This document shows positions 52,155 through 62,220 of a DNA stretch of 64,000 nt, piece after piece. The stretch's first letter is position 1. The number at the start of each line of letters is the position of its first letter. The DNA comes from Candidatus Eiseniibacteriota bacterium (GTDB lineage Bacteria > Eisenbacteria > RBG-16-71-46), in NCBI GenBank assembly GCA_041483195.1, contig JBGPFC010000018.1, forward strand, positions 8,993 through 72,992, written 5' to 3'. The position numbers and the translations under genes are program-made. Under the pieces are notes generated by a model. The model was given only the letters and a program-made list of their open reading frames with translations. It did no database searches and had not been told where the DNA came from.

Positions 52155-55100
52155 AGCGATGGCGCGCCCCGCTCCCGCGCGAACCACGGCGCGATCTCCC
52201 GCCGCGACGCCCGGCGGCTTCGGCACGTTGGTGGTCGCGTGGCTCCGCTCGATCTGCAGGACCTTGCAGTCGGGGTCCACCACGAGCCGCTCCGGCACGA
52301 AGTCGCAGTGAATGGTGATCTCGCGGCTCTGCTTGGGCCCGAGCTCCACCATCGTGCGAGCATCATGGTAGGCCTCGCCCTTCTCGCCCTGCTTCGGGAA
52401 CCGCTCGCCGCGCACCGCCGCGACTTCGACCGGCATGAGGCCGGTGCCGGCGTTGCGCACCTTCGCGCGCACCTCCCACCCGTCGCCCGCGACCGCGAGC
52501 GTCGCGTCGCGCAGCCGGTACTCCGGCACCAGCACGCTGTCGAACCACTGCTTCACGAACGCGTCGAACGCGACCGGATCGGGCGCGTGTCGCCGCAGCG
52601 TGCCGAGCATCTCGACCACGACCGGGTGGTCGGCGCTGTCGCCCCAGGCGTGGACGAACTCCTTGAGTCCCGCCAGCATCGCGTCGCGACCCATCACCTG
52701 CATGAGCATCCACATCGACCATCCGCCCTTGTCGTAGAACACGGTCTCGTCGCCCATGCGCGAACCATCCACGCGCGTGAGCGGCCGCTCGGCGTCGGCC
52801 CGGCGGCGATGCGTGTAGCGCTTCTCGATCTCGCGGCAGAACGCCATGCGCTGCTCCTCGCCCTTCACCTGCTCGGTGAGCAGGATGGTCGAGAAATGCG
52901 CCATGCCTTCCGAGAGGAAGTTGTTGCCCGGGCCGCGCGCGGGGGTGAGCAGGTTGCCCCACCACTGGTGCGCGGCCTCGTGCGCGGTCACCCAGAACGC
53001 GGCGTTGGCCTTGGGCTCGCTCTTCGTGAGAAACCCGATCCCCTCGGAGAAGCTGATGTTCATGGACGGCCCCTGCGCGTATCCCGCGAGGGCGGGGAAC
53101 TCGCTCAGCCGCAGCTCGCGCCACGGGTAGGGCGCGAACCATTCCGAGTAGTAGCGCCGCGCGCCGGCGAGCGCCTCGAGCATCTCGTCAACGTTGTAGG
53201 TGTGCGCCGCGTGGTAGTAGATCGAGACCCCGTCGCCGTGCTTCTCGGCCCAGTGTCCGGCCACCAGGTTGTAGATGCGGACCGGCTGATCGGTCTGCCA
53301 TTGCGTGATGCGGCGGCCAGCCACGACGCTGTCGCTCACCATGTTGCCGGTGGCGTTGTACTGAAGACCCGCGGGGCCGGTGACGCGCATGCGGCAATCG
53401 AAGCGCTGATCAGCGAGCGGGATGAACGGGGGCGTGATGCCGGCGTAGTAGTCGGCGGGCGGGTCGCGCGGCTCCGCGCGGTTCTTGTCGTCCACGCCGA
53501 TCTCGTCGATGTAGCCCAGCTGCGGCGCGAAGCCCGACGCCGAGAACCCGGTGAGCACCACGGCGGAGGGCAGAATGAACTCCATCGCGCCGCCGCCGTT
53601 GCGCGTGATCCCCTTCGGGCAGATGCCCTCGTAGCGGAAGCCGAGGCTCGCGCGTTCGCCGGGCGCGAGCGGGTGCTGCGGCGTGAACACGTAGAGCTTC
53701 GCGCGGTCGTCGGGCTTGACCGGCTCCCCGTTCCACGTCCACGCCACGTTCTTCCAGTAGATCCCGCCCGTCACGGGAAAGCGGTCGAGCGGCTTGCCGG
53801 TGCGGTTCACCAGGTCGTAGCGCCCGCGCATGGTGAACGCGCTGTGCTCCGTGTCGAGATCGACGTCCAGATCGACCGCGCTCACGCCCGGCAGCGGCGC
53901 CTCGTTCCAGGTGGCCGCGTTCTTCTTCCAGTAGTCGGTGTTGAGCTTCTTCGCGGCCGCGCCCTCGCGGCCTTCGTGCACCTGGAGGTAGAGCGCGACA
54001 CCCGCGGCAATCGGCAGCACCGCGACCGCGAGCGGAATCACCGACGCGCGCAGCAGCGCGCCCGGCCGCAGGCGATGCACGGTGCGGGTGGCGTCGGCCT
54101 CGCGGCGCGCGAATAGGCGCACGGTGATCACGATGAAGAGCGCGGTGAGACCGAGCGCCATGAGGCGATTCAGCACCAGTGCGCCGCGGTCGAGCTCGAG
54201 CCGGCTCATATCGCTCCAGCGCACCGCGCTCCACAGATCCCAGTTGCCGACCCAGTTCATCTTGCCGCGCAGCTGGAGGAACCCGCTCGCGATCATCGCG
54301 CCGAGCCCCAGCGCGTAGGTCACGTAGCGGCTGCCGGTGATCGCGTACACCGCGCTCACGAACGACGTCCACAGCAGGAAGGTCGGCACCAGCAACAGGC
54401 CCCACAGCAGCGCGAACGGCACGGGATCGAAGCCCACCTTGCCCTGCACCCCGAGCACGATCAGGTCGCCGAGCAGCGTGACGATCAGCACCACCACGCC
54501 GACCAGCGAGTTCGCGAGCGCCTTGCCGAACAGCAGGGATGCGGTGCGCAGCGGCGTCGCGTAGTGGATCGATGCGAGGCCGGTGCTGCGCTCGCGCTGC
54601 AGGGACTCCACCGTGTAGAACAACAGCAGCATGCACACCAGCAGCGTGAGCGTGTTCATCGCCGCCGCGGCGAGCAGCCCCGGCGTCTGGAGCAGCACGG
54701 TATCGAACGCGCCGACCTGCACGGTCCCGCCCAGCGTCTGGATGAGGATCATCGGCACGAACAGGTAGAGCCCGGGATGGCTGCGCAGCTCCATCAGCTC
54801 GACGCGCGCGATCTCGAAAGCGCCGCGCAGGAAGCCGGACGCGCCGCCGCGCATCTCGAGCGCGGCGAGCGCCGCGGGCTGCACGGCATCGAGCGACCCG
54901 GCATCCGCCGCCGGCGCGGCCGCCGCGCGCCGCGCCGGCTTCGCGCCCCGCGCCCCGCGCACGCTCGCCGCGAAGCGCGCCTGGGTCCACGCCATCGCGC
55001 CGAGCCCTCCCGCCACGCACAGCGCGCGGTTCAGGAAGAACGTGAGGTCGAGGCCGACCGGCGCGTGATTGTAGAACTCGACGCCGCGGTCCACGTTGAG

Positions 55101-55805
55101 CCAGGTCTCCTTGAGCCAGCGAATCGCCCCGGGGTCCGCGATCATGAGGAGGTTGTTGATCGCGGGGCTGAGCCACACCGGCGACCACTCCCACAGGAAC
55201 AACGCCCCGAAGAACACGGCGGCGACCGGCACCAGGAACACGAGGATCGGGCGGCGCGTGAGCGCGCCGAGCGCGAAGCTCGTGCCCGAGATGAAGATCA
55301 GGAGCGGCAGTACGAACAGCAACACCGGCCGGAGGTAGTTAATCAGGCGAAACGGCCCGATCACCTCGACGTTCTCGCCGTGCGGGAACACGTGATTGAA
55401 CACGATCATCATCAGCAGGTGAACGCCCAGCACGCCCATGAAGCTCGCGAACACCGCGAGGTACTTGCCCCACACGTATTCTGCCGGGGTCAGCGGCGTG
55501 GCGTGAATCACCTCGCCCACCTTGAGGTCGTGGTCGTGAATCACGCTCATGCCGGCGGCCACCGCCATGAAGAGTCCGTAGACGAGCGTGACCATCATCG
55601 CCAGGAGCTGCGAGATCGCGTACTCGGAGGTGATCCACGCCTTGCCACCGCCGACCGTCGCGTTGCCGGAGCCGATCGAGGCGTGGCCGTTCGACATCTC
55701 GAGCGTCAGGAAACCGAGGATGAGGATCAGGAACCAGAACAGCGGCCGGCGCAGGTTGTGCGAGAACTCGAGGCGGAAGACTTCGTAGAGCCGCCGCGGG
55801 TTCAC
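52125..55805 (-). CDS. ABC-2 type transporter permease fused to an M1-family (aminopeptidase N-like) zinc metallopeptidase domain
   Basis: 1226 aa. The N-terminal about 640 aa are polytopic ABC-2 permease-like. C-terminal region has HEAAHQWWGN (HExxH) and LSEGMAHF (downstream Glu ligand) characteristic of M1 peptidases. The stop overlaps the ATPase gene start (ATGA type). Confidence 0.85.
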   Translation of the reverse strand: MNPRRLYEVFRLEFSHNLRRPLFWFLILILGFLTLEMSNGHASIGSGNATVGGGKAWITSEYAISQLLAMMVTLVYGLFMAVAAGMSVIHDHDLKVGEVIHATPLTPAEYVWGKYLAVFASFMGVLGVHLLMMIVFNHVFPHGENVEVIGPFRLINYLRPVLLFVLPLLIFISGTSFALGALTRRPILVFLVPVAAVFFGALFLWEWSPVWLSPAINNLLMIADPGAIRWLKETWLNVDRGVEFYNHAPVGLDLTFFLNRALCVAGGLGAMAWTQARFAASVRGARGAKPARRAAAAPAADAGSLDAVQPAALAALEMRGGASGFLRGAFEIARVELMELRSHPGLYLFVPMILIQTLGGTVQVGAFDTVLLQTPGLLAAAAMNTLTLLVCMLLLFYTVESLQRERSTGLASIHYATPLRTASLLFGKALANSLVGVVVLIVTLLGDLIVLGVQGKVGFDPVPFALLWGLLLVPTFLLWTSFVSAVYAITGSRYVTYALGLGAMIASGFLQLRGKMNWVGNWDLWSAVRWSDMSRLELDRGALVLNRLMALGLTALFIVITVRLFARREADATRTVHRLRPGALLRASVIPLAVAVLPIAAGVALYLQVHEGREGAAAKKLNTDYWKKNAATWNEAPLPGVSAVDLDVDLDTEHSAFTMRGRYDLVNRTGKPLDRFPVTGGIYWKNVAWTWNGEPVKPDDRAKLYVFTPQHPLAPGERASLGFRYEGICPKGITRNGGGAMEFILPSAVVLTGFSASGFAPQLGYIDEIGVDDKNRAEPRDPPADYYAGITPPFIPLADQRFDCRMRVTGPAGLQYNATGNMVSDSVVAGRRITQWQTDQPVRIYNLVAGHWAEKHGDGVSIYYHAAHTYNVDEMLEALAGARRYYSEWFAPYPWRELRLSEFPALAGYAQGPSMNISFSEGIGFLTKSEPKANAAFWVTAHEAAHQWWGNLLTPARGPGNNFLSEGMAHFSTILLTEQVKGEEQRMAFCREIEKRYTHRRRADAERPLTRVDGSRMGDETVFYDKGGWSMWMLMQVMGRDAMLAGLKEFVHAWGDSADHPVVVEMLGTLRRHAPDPVAFDAFVKQWFDSVLVPEYRLRDATLAVAGDGWEVRAKVRNAGTGLMPVEVAAVRGERFPKQGEKGEAYHDARTMVELGPKQSREITIHCDFVPERLVVDPDCKVLQIERSHATTNVPKPPGVAAGDRAVVRAGAGRAIALVRSTLPQQ

Positions 55806-56767
55806 GTGATCGCTCCCGCGTGCGGCGCGGCGGGCGCGGCGTGGGGCGCGGACGCGGGCGCGGGTCCGGCGCCATTGCCCGCAACGCCGTTCGCGCCCGC
55901 GCTCCCGCGCATCATCACCAGGTAGGCGTCTTCGAGGGTGGGCGCCACGGGCTCGAAGCCCGGAGGCGCCGCCCCGCCCGGCTCGAACACGCGCACGCGA
56001 TGCCGCCCCTCGACCAGGATCGCCTGCGTCACGTTGCGCGCGCGACGCAGCTCCGGCAGCTCCGCGGGCGGCACCGTGCCCTCGAAGATCGCGCCCGCGA
56101 TCGCCGCGCGCGCCTCGCGCGGGGTGGTGCGCGCGATCAATCGCCCGCCGCGGATCACCGCGAACTGCGGGCAGAGCACCGCGACGTCCTCGACGATGTG
56201 GGTCGAGAGCACGACGATGCGATCCTCCGCCAGCTCGGCGAGCAGATGGTAGAAGCGCAGGCGCTCCTCGGGATCGAGCCCCGCGGTGGGCTCGTCAGCG
56301 ATCACGAGCCGCGGATTGCCCGCGATCGCCTGCGCGATCCCGAGACGCTGGCGCATGCCGCCTGACCACGCCTTGAGCTTGCGCTTCGCGGCGAATCCGA
56401 GATTGACGCGCTCGAGCAGCTCGCGTGCGAGCGGCTTGAGCCCGCCGGGCGCATCGACGCCCTTCAGGCGCAGCAGGTGGAGCAGCATCTCCTCGCCGTT
56501 CAGGTGCGGATAGAACCCGAACTCCTGAGGGAGGTAGCCGAGCTGCGCTCGCACGCGCTCCGGGTGGGCGAGGATGTCGGCGCCATCGAGGGTAACGCTG
56601 CCCGATGTGGCCTCGAGCAGCCCCGCGAGGATGCGCATGAAGGTGGACTTGCCGGCCCCGTTCGGGCCGAGCAGCCCGAACATTCCGGGCGGAATGTCGA
56701 GGTCGATCCCCTGCAGCGCGGCGACCGGACCGGGATAGATCTTCACCAGACTGCGAATCGCGAGCAT
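55802..56767 (-). CDS. ABC transporter ATP-binding protein (partner of the ABC-2/M1 fusion)
   Basis: Walker A GPNGAGKST, signature SGGMRQRL, Walker B LVIADEPTAGLD. Confidence 0.9.
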   Translation of the reverse strand: MLAIRSLVKIYPGPVAALQGIDLDIPPGMFGLLGPNGAGKSTFMRILAGLLEATSGSVTLDGADILAHPERVRAQLGYLPQEFGFYPHLNGEEMLLHLLRLKGVDAPGGLKPLARELLERVNLGFAAKRKLKAWSGGMRQRLGIAQAIAGNPRLVIADEPTAGLDPEERLRFYHLLAELAEDRIVVLSTHIVEDVAVLCPQFAVIRGGRLIARTTPREARAAIAGAIFEGTVPPAELPELRRARNVTQAILVEGRHRVRVFEPGGAAPPGFEPVAPTLEDAYLVMMRGSAGANGVAGNGAGPAPASAPHAAPAAPHAGAIT

Positions 56768-56935
56768 GGCAAGGCCTCCAGGGGATGCGAGTTCAGGGCA
56801 CGGGCGGTCTACGGTTACCGCACGGGGAAGGTTGCCGGGGAGCGGCGCCGGCGGGGCGACGCGCCACGGCGGCGGAGGGCCTGATGTAAGCTGGCCTTCC
56901 TCGCGCGGTCAAACGCCGGGCGCGGGGCCCAACCC

Positions 56936-57694
56936 ATGATCGATCCCACCCAGCGCTTCTCGAATCGCGTCGAGCACTACGTGCGATCGCGCCCGCCCTA
57001 CCCGCCGGAGCTGCTCACGCTGCTCGAGCGGGAGTGCGGGCTCACGCGCGATTCCGCGATCGCCGACATCGGGAGCGGCACCGGCATCCTGTCGCGCTTG
57101 TTCCTCGCGCACGGCTGCCGCGTGATCGGCGTCGAGCCCAACCGCGAGATGCGCGAGGCGGCCGAGCGCCTGCTCGCGGACGAGCCGCGCTTCGAGAGCC
57201 GCAACGGGACCGCAGAGCGCACCGGGCTCGCGGACGCGAGCGTGGACTTCGTCACCGCCGGACAATCGTTCCACTGGTTCGACACCGCGCGAGCGCGAGT
57301 CGAGTTCGCGCGCGTGCTCAGGCCCGGTGGCTGGATCGTGGTGGCATGGAACACGCGCGTGCATGATGCGAACGAGTTCACGCGCGGCTACGAGGCGCTG
57401 GTCGCCGAGTTCCGCACCGACGAGGAGACCATCCGGCACGAGCAGCAGAACCCCGACACGCTGGGCGCCGCGCTCGGACTCGGCAGCGTCCAGTCCCGCG
57501 AGCTCCGCCAATCGCGAGACCTCGATCGCGACGGCACGCTCGGCCTGCTGCTCTCGACGTCGTACCTGCCCGCCGCCGGCCAGCCCGGTCACGAGCAGAT
57601 GCTCGCGGCGGCGGATCGGCTGTTCCGCAAGCACGCGCGGGCGGGCGTGGTGACGATGATCTACAGGTGCGAGGTCTACTTCGGGAGAGTGTAG
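56936..57694 (+). CDS. Class I SAM-dependent methyltransferase
   Basis: Motif I IADIGSGTGIL, post-I acidic residue and motif II pattern. 252 aa. Confidence 0.85.
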   Translation: MIDPTQRFSNRVEHYVRSRPPYPPELLTLLERECGLTRDSAIADIGSGTGILSRLFLAHGCRVIGVEPNREMREAAERLLADEPRFESRNGTAERTGLADASVDFVTAGQSFHWFDTARARVEFARVLRPGGWIVVAWNTRVHDANEFTRGYEALVAEFRTDEETIRHEQQNPDTLGAALGLGSVQSRELRQSRDLDRDGTLGLLLSTSYLPAAGQPGHEQMLAAADRLFRKHARAGVVTMIYRCEVYFGRV

Positions 57695-57712
57695 GGCGCG
57701 CTCCCCCCGCGC

Positions 57713-58627
57713 TCAGCGATAGATGGTTTTTAGCCGGCCCCAGCTCATCGAGCGCGCCGGCGTGATGATCGCAGGACACACGACGAAGTACTGGTTGCCC
57801 GCGATGGCCGCGAAGCTCACGCCGCTCGGCGGGCCCAGGCTGCACGTTCCGGGGGGCAGCGGGCCGAGCGACTGATTCGAGACGTACGCGTGCCCTCCGC
57901 CGTTCACGAACGCGCACACCTTCACGCAGCCGGCCGGATTGCCGATCGTGGCGAGCGGGATGGCGAGTTCGACGCCGGTGGTCACGCCGGCGCCGGACGA
58001 CACGCCGCAGCCCGCCGTGACGCCCGCCACGTTGCGATTGTCGATCGTCGCGAGGATGCCGTTGGGATTGGTGCCGCCCGAGAGCGTCCCGGGGCCGCCC
58101 GGCGTGGCGGTGCCGAGGTAGTAGCCGGCGCCGCCGCCCGCGGTGGGCAGCTCGGCGTAGTTGGCGCGGAGCGGAAGGCTGCGGGTCGCGGCGCCGCAAC
58201 CCAGCCAGTAATCGGCTTCGAAGTCCGAGTCGAAGCTCAGCCCGGCCATGTTGTTCAGGTTGGTCTCGGAATCGATATTGGGATTGTTCGCGCGCAGCAG
58301 ATTCTGGCCGCCGGGCTTCGAGTCGAAGAACACCTCGAGGTTGGTATAGACGTTGTCGATCTCAACGGTGCGGTGGAAGGTCAGGTTGCCCGAGAGGAAC
58401 ACATGGAGCACGCCGTCCGCGATGAACGCGTACGCCGCGTCCAGCTCCGACCCGCCCGACTGATCCACGAAGGAGTCGATGTTGTCGCCGAACTGGGTCT
58501 GGGTGGTTTGGGTGCTGAGCGCGACGCCGTACTGCGGGTCGAGCGTGCCGTCGATCGTCTGGGCGAGGGCGAGCGTGGCGAACGCGGTCGCGGAGATGAC
58601 GACAGCCGACACGATCAACGAGCGCAT
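57713..58627 (-). CDS. Secreted Gly/Thr-rich hypothetical protein ending in the C-terminal motif SMSWGRLKTIYR
   Basis: Signal peptide MRSLIVSAVVISATAFATLALAQ. 304 aa, with several Cys in the C-terminal half. The terminus matches that of the 47960..48598 protein. Confidence 0.7.
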   Translation of the reverse strand: MRSLIVSAVVISATAFATLALAQTIDGTLDPQYGVALSTQTTQTQFGDNIDSFVDQSGGSELDAAYAFIADGVLHVFLSGNLTFHRTVEIDNVYTNLEVFFDSKPGGQNLLRANNPNIDSETNLNNMAGLSFDSDFEADYWLGCGAATRSLPLRANYAELPTAGGGAGYYLGTATPGGPGTLSGGTNPNGILATIDNRNVAGVTAGCGVSSGAGVTTGVELAIPLATIGNPAGCVKVCAFVNGGGHAYVSNQSLGPLPPGTCSLGPPSGVSFAAIAGNQYFVVCPAIITPARSMSWGRLKTIYR

Positions 58628-58726
58628 TGCGTTCCTCCCATTCGAGCGAATTCCATCATTCCACCGTGGCGGAGCACGCGCTCCGCCAAGTCCGGGCAGG
58701 TGATCTAGGGCACGCCCGCCCCCGGC

Positions 58727-58993
58727 TCAAGGCCTGGCGACGAGCCCCCCGCCCCCCCGGAGGGCGGCGTGGAGAACGTCGGGGTCCAGATCGGCGCCGT
58801 TCGGCCACACGATCGTGCCCAGCTCCGGATCGACGCGCACCGCGGCGAAGTACTCTGGCGCCTTGATCGGCTCGAATACCCCTTCGAATCTAATCAGGCG
58901 CTCGAGATCGACATCGCCTTCGACTCCATCCGCGAATCGCAGGTGAAGCGTGTACGGCGCTCGCGGCTCGACGTGAACGACATCAACGAGCAT
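58727..58993 (-). CDS. DUF2442 domain protein
   Basis: 88 aa with a typical DUF2442 pattern (...FADGVEGDVDL...GTIVWPNGADLDPDVL). Confidence 0.7.
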   Translation of the reverse strand: MLVDVVHVEPRAPYTLHLRFADGVEGDVDLERLIRFEGVFEPIKAPEYFAAVRVDPELGTIVWPNGADLDPDVLHAALRGGGGLVARP

Positions 58994-58996
58994 GCG

Positions 58997-59257
58997 TCAC
59001 TCCAGTGGCGCGATCTTCCGCAGGGGCGCCTGCCGGCGCGCCAGATCCCAATCCTCTCGCAACTCCACCTGGTGGACTGAGGCCCATTCCATTACCAGCC
59101 CGAGCGCGCGCGGTGGCAATTGCCCTCCGAGAATGCTGAGTTCTTCGATCGCGATGATCGCCTGAGCAGCGCCGTAACGGGCGTGGAAGTGAGGAGGCAG
59201 ATGGTCACCGTAGAAGATGGCGATGACAATTCCAAAGAATCTGCTGATCTCGGGCAT
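58997..59257 (-). CDS. DUF4160 domain protein
   Basis: Start at ATG 59257 (MPEISRFFGIVIAIFYGDHLPPHFHARYG, canonical DUF4160 N-terminus). It lies 3 nt upstream of the DUF2442 gene, a common two-gene cassette. Confidence 0.7.
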   Translation of the reverse strand: MPEISRFFGIVIAIFYGDHLPPHFHARYGAAQAIIAIEELSILGGQLPPRALGLVMEWASVHQVELREDWDLARRQAPLRKIAPLE

Positions 59258-59384
59258 GCGCCCCTCCGGCATGAAGTGCCTTCGGGAGCACTCGATCCTT
59301 CGCGCGGGCCTTACCGCCACGGCCCGGCTCACCGGAAATTCTACTCCTTCTTCCGGGCTCGGGGGAGAAGCCGATCCCGCCCTT

Positions 59385-60476
59385 TCAGTGCAGCCGCTTC
59401 CTCCGATTCCTCACGAAGTCGCGGAACACGTACGCCCCGAGATTGTTCGGATCGGTCTCGTAGATGCGGCCGTGATTCAGCGCGGTGAGCTTGCGCACGA
59501 ACTCGAGCAGCGGCAGGTCGGTGGCGAGCATGAAGGTGGTGATCGTGATCCGCTTCTTTCGGCAGTAGGACGCCTCCTCCAGCGTCTTGTTCACGATGCG
59601 CGGATCGAGCCCGAACGGGTTCTTGTAGATTCTCCCCTGCTCGCGGATCGCCGACGGCTTGCCGTCCGTGATCATGAAGATCTGCTTGTTCACGCCCTTG
59701 CGTGATTCGAGGATGCGCCGCGCCAGCTGAAGCCCGGCCCGGGTGTTGGTGTGGAACGGGCCGGCCTGGATCTTCAGCAGGTCCTTGAGCTTTACCTGCG
59801 CCGCGTCGTCGCCGAACAGCACGACGTCGAGCGAGTCCTTGGGATAGCGGGTCTGAATGAGCTGCGCGAGCGCCAGCGCGATCTTCTTGGCGGGCGTGAT
59901 GCGGTCCTCGCCGTAGAGGATCATGCTGTGGCTCACGTCGACCATCAGCACCGTGGCGCAGCTCGAGAGATGCTCGGTCTCGAACACCGAGAGATCCTCC
60001 TCGGCGAGCGAGAGATCGTCGATGCCGCCGCGCTTGACCGCGTTGCTCACCGAGCCGAGCGGATCGAGATCGGAGAGGTTGTCGCCGAACTGGTACGCGC
60101 GGGTCTCGCTCAGCCGCTCGCCGCCCTTGCCCGCGACCGGCGTGCGGTGGTCCCCGGCGCCGCCCGCCTGCAGCGTGCTGAAGATCTCGTCGAGCGAGTC
60201 CTGGCGGATACGACGCTCACCCTTGGGCGTCAGGTTGAAGCCCTGCGGCGTGCGCTCGGCCTCGCCCGTCTCTTCCAGCAGCTTCTTGAAGTCGGCGATG
60301 CCGAACTTGTCGTTGAAGAAGCCGTACTCCTCGCCGAAGTGCTCCATCCACCTCAGCGCTTCATCGACGTCGCCCCCGGTCTGGAGCAGCAGGTTGCGGT
60401 AGATCTCCATGAGCTGCTTCTGAAACTGGAGATCCTCGGGCCGCGGGCCCTTCCATTTGGAATAGTCGAAGAGCAC
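59385..60476 (-). CDS. von Willebrand factor type A (VWA) domain protein
   Basis: 363 aa. VWA core with MIDAS-like residues (LMVDVSHSM ... ITDG). Confidence 0.8.
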   Translation of the reverse strand: MLFDYSKWKGPRPEDLQFQKQLMEIYRNLLLQTGGDVDEALRWMEHFGEEYGFFNDKFGIADFKKLLEETGEAERTPQGFNLTPKGERRIRQDSLDEIFSTLQAGGAGDHRTPVAGKGGERLSETRAYQFGDNLSDLDPLGSVSNAVKRGGIDDLSLAEEDLSVFETEHLSSCATVLMVDVSHSMILYGEDRITPAKKIALALAQLIQTRYPKDSLDVVLFGDDAAQVKLKDLLKIQAGPFHTNTRAGLQLARRILESRKGVNKQIFMITDGKPSAIREQGRIYKNPFGLDPRIVNKTLEEASYCRKKRITITTFMLATDLPLLEFVRKLTALNHGRIYETDPNNLGAYVFRDFVRNRRKRLH

Positions 60477-60480
60477 GGCG

Positions 60481-62013
60481 TCAATCGTCCCCCAGCCCGC
60501 TCAGCATGCTCTTCAGCATGTCCTTGTAACTGGTGCTGGCGTCTTCGCCGCGCTCGCGCGAGAGCATCGAGTGCTGGTGCAGGCCTTCGAGCACCAGCTC
60601 CATCGCGACCGCGCACTCCTCGGCGTTGGCCGGCTTCAGGTACCTGGTCGCGAGCGCGCCGAGCGCCTTCACCGAGCCGAGCTGCTTCGCGTACTCGGCC
60701 TGCGGCATCTCGTCCGAGATCTGCACGTGGTTGCCGCTCGCGAACCATTCGAGCACCGGGCGGTACTCGCTGGTCGCGAGCGACTCGCCCTCGGTCGCGG
60801 CAGCTGCGGCTGCCTCGACGCCGCGCGGCGCGCGGCCGCGCTTGGGCTTGAACGCGTCGGGGAAGCGCTGCGCGAACAGCGACTTGAGCCCGCGCCCGAG
60901 CAGCGCGCGCGCCACGTTGATCGCGCCCTCCTGCTCCCCCTCCAGCACCAGCTCCACCTTGCCGCTCACCGCGGAGACCGCGTGCTGCAGGTCGCACACG
61001 CGCGTCACGACCCGCGTCTCGCCGGAGCGGATGCCGCGGCGCTCCGCGTTCGACACCAGGTTCTCGATGAGCGCGATCGGCAGCCGCGCGGAGACGCCGG
61101 AGTTCTGGTCGACGTACTCGCTCTTGCGCGCCTGGATCGCGACCTCCTCCACCAGCTCGCGCATGAACGAGGGCACCACGACCTCGATCCCGCCCTCGCG
61201 CGCCACCCACGATTCCTGCGCGGTGATCGCCATCCCCAGCTCGCGCGTGGGCGGATAGTGCGTGACGATCTGCGAATTGATGCGGTCGCGCAGCGGCGTG
61301 ATGATGTTGCCGCGATTGGTGTAGTCCTCGGGGTTCGCCGAGAACACCATCGCGACGTCGAGCGGCATGCGCACCGGAAAGCCGCGGATCTGGAAGTCCT
61401 TCTCCTCGAGAATGTTCAGCAGCCCCACCTGGATGCGCGGCTGCAGGTCCGGCAGCTCGTTGATCGCGAAGATGCCGCGGTTGGTGCGCGGGATGATGCC
61501 GTAGTGGATGACGCGCTCGTCCGAGTAGTCGAGCTTGAGCGTGGCGGCCTTGATCGGATCGATGTCGCCGATCAGGTCGGCGATCGTCACGTCGGGCGTG
61601 GCGAGCTTCTCCTGGTAGCGCTGCTCGCGGTGGATCCACACGATCGGCGCCTCGTCGCCGTGCGCCTCGATCATGAGCTTCGCGTGGTGGGTGAGCGGCA
61701 GGAACGGGTCGCTGCTGAGCGGGCAGCCTTCGAGCGCGGGGATCCACTCGTCGAGAAACTGCACCAGCGAGCGCAGCAGCCGCGTCTTCGCCTGTCCGCG
61801 CAGCCCGAGCAGGATGAAATCGTGGCGCGAGAGCAGCGCGTTCACGATCTGCGGCTCGACGGTGCTCTCGTAGCCGACGATGCCGGGGAACAGCGTGTCG
61901 CCCGCGCGCAACCGCGCGATGACGTTGGCGCGCAGCTCGTCCTTGACGCTGCGGGGGTGGTATCCGGCGGCCTTGAGCTCCCGGAGCGTGCGGGGTCGGG
62001 TCATCGAGGGCAT
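60481..62013 (-). CDS. ChlI/BchI-like AAA+ ATPase (Mg-chelatase subunit I-like, MoxR-related)
   Basis: 510 aa. Walker A-like GLRGQAKT. The ChlI-type arginine-finger/sensor region INELPDLQPRIQVGLLNILEEKDFQIRGFPVRMPLDVAMVFSANPEDYTNRGNIITPLRDRI. Forms a pair with the downstream VWA gene. Confidence 0.75.
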   Translation of the reverse strand: MPSMTRPRTLRELKAAGYHPRSVKDELRANVIARLRAGDTLFPGIVGYESTVEPQIVNALLSRHDFILLGLRGQAKTRLLRSLVQFLDEWIPALEGCPLSSDPFLPLTHHAKLMIEAHGDEAPIVWIHREQRYQEKLATPDVTIADLIGDIDPIKAATLKLDYSDERVIHYGIIPRTNRGIFAINELPDLQPRIQVGLLNILEEKDFQIRGFPVRMPLDVAMVFSANPEDYTNRGNIITPLRDRINSQIVTHYPPTRELGMAITAQESWVAREGGIEVVVPSFMRELVEEVAIQARKSEYVDQNSGVSARLPIALIENLVSNAERRGIRSGETRVVTRVCDLQHAVSAVSGKVELVLEGEQEGAINVARALLGRGLKSLFAQRFPDAFKPKRGRAPRGVEAAAAAATEGESLATSEYRPVLEWFASGNHVQISDEMPQAEYAKQLGSVKALGALATRYLKPANAEECAVAMELVLEGLHQHSMLSRERGEDASTSYKDMLKSMLSGLGDD

Positions 62014-62220
62014 CTCCTGGTGTGTGCAGGGAGCGCCGCTGCGGCGGGAGGCGCGAGAAGCAGAACCACGTGAGGGGAAAGTCTAGGGGCTCGTCCCCCG
62101 AGGCGCAACGTAGGCAATCGCCAGCCTTGCCGTGCCCTCGGCACGACATTAATCTCGCGACGAATCGGGGGTCCGTCGCGATCAGCGCGCCGGAGTTCCC
62201 AAGGCTCGAAGGAGGATCCC

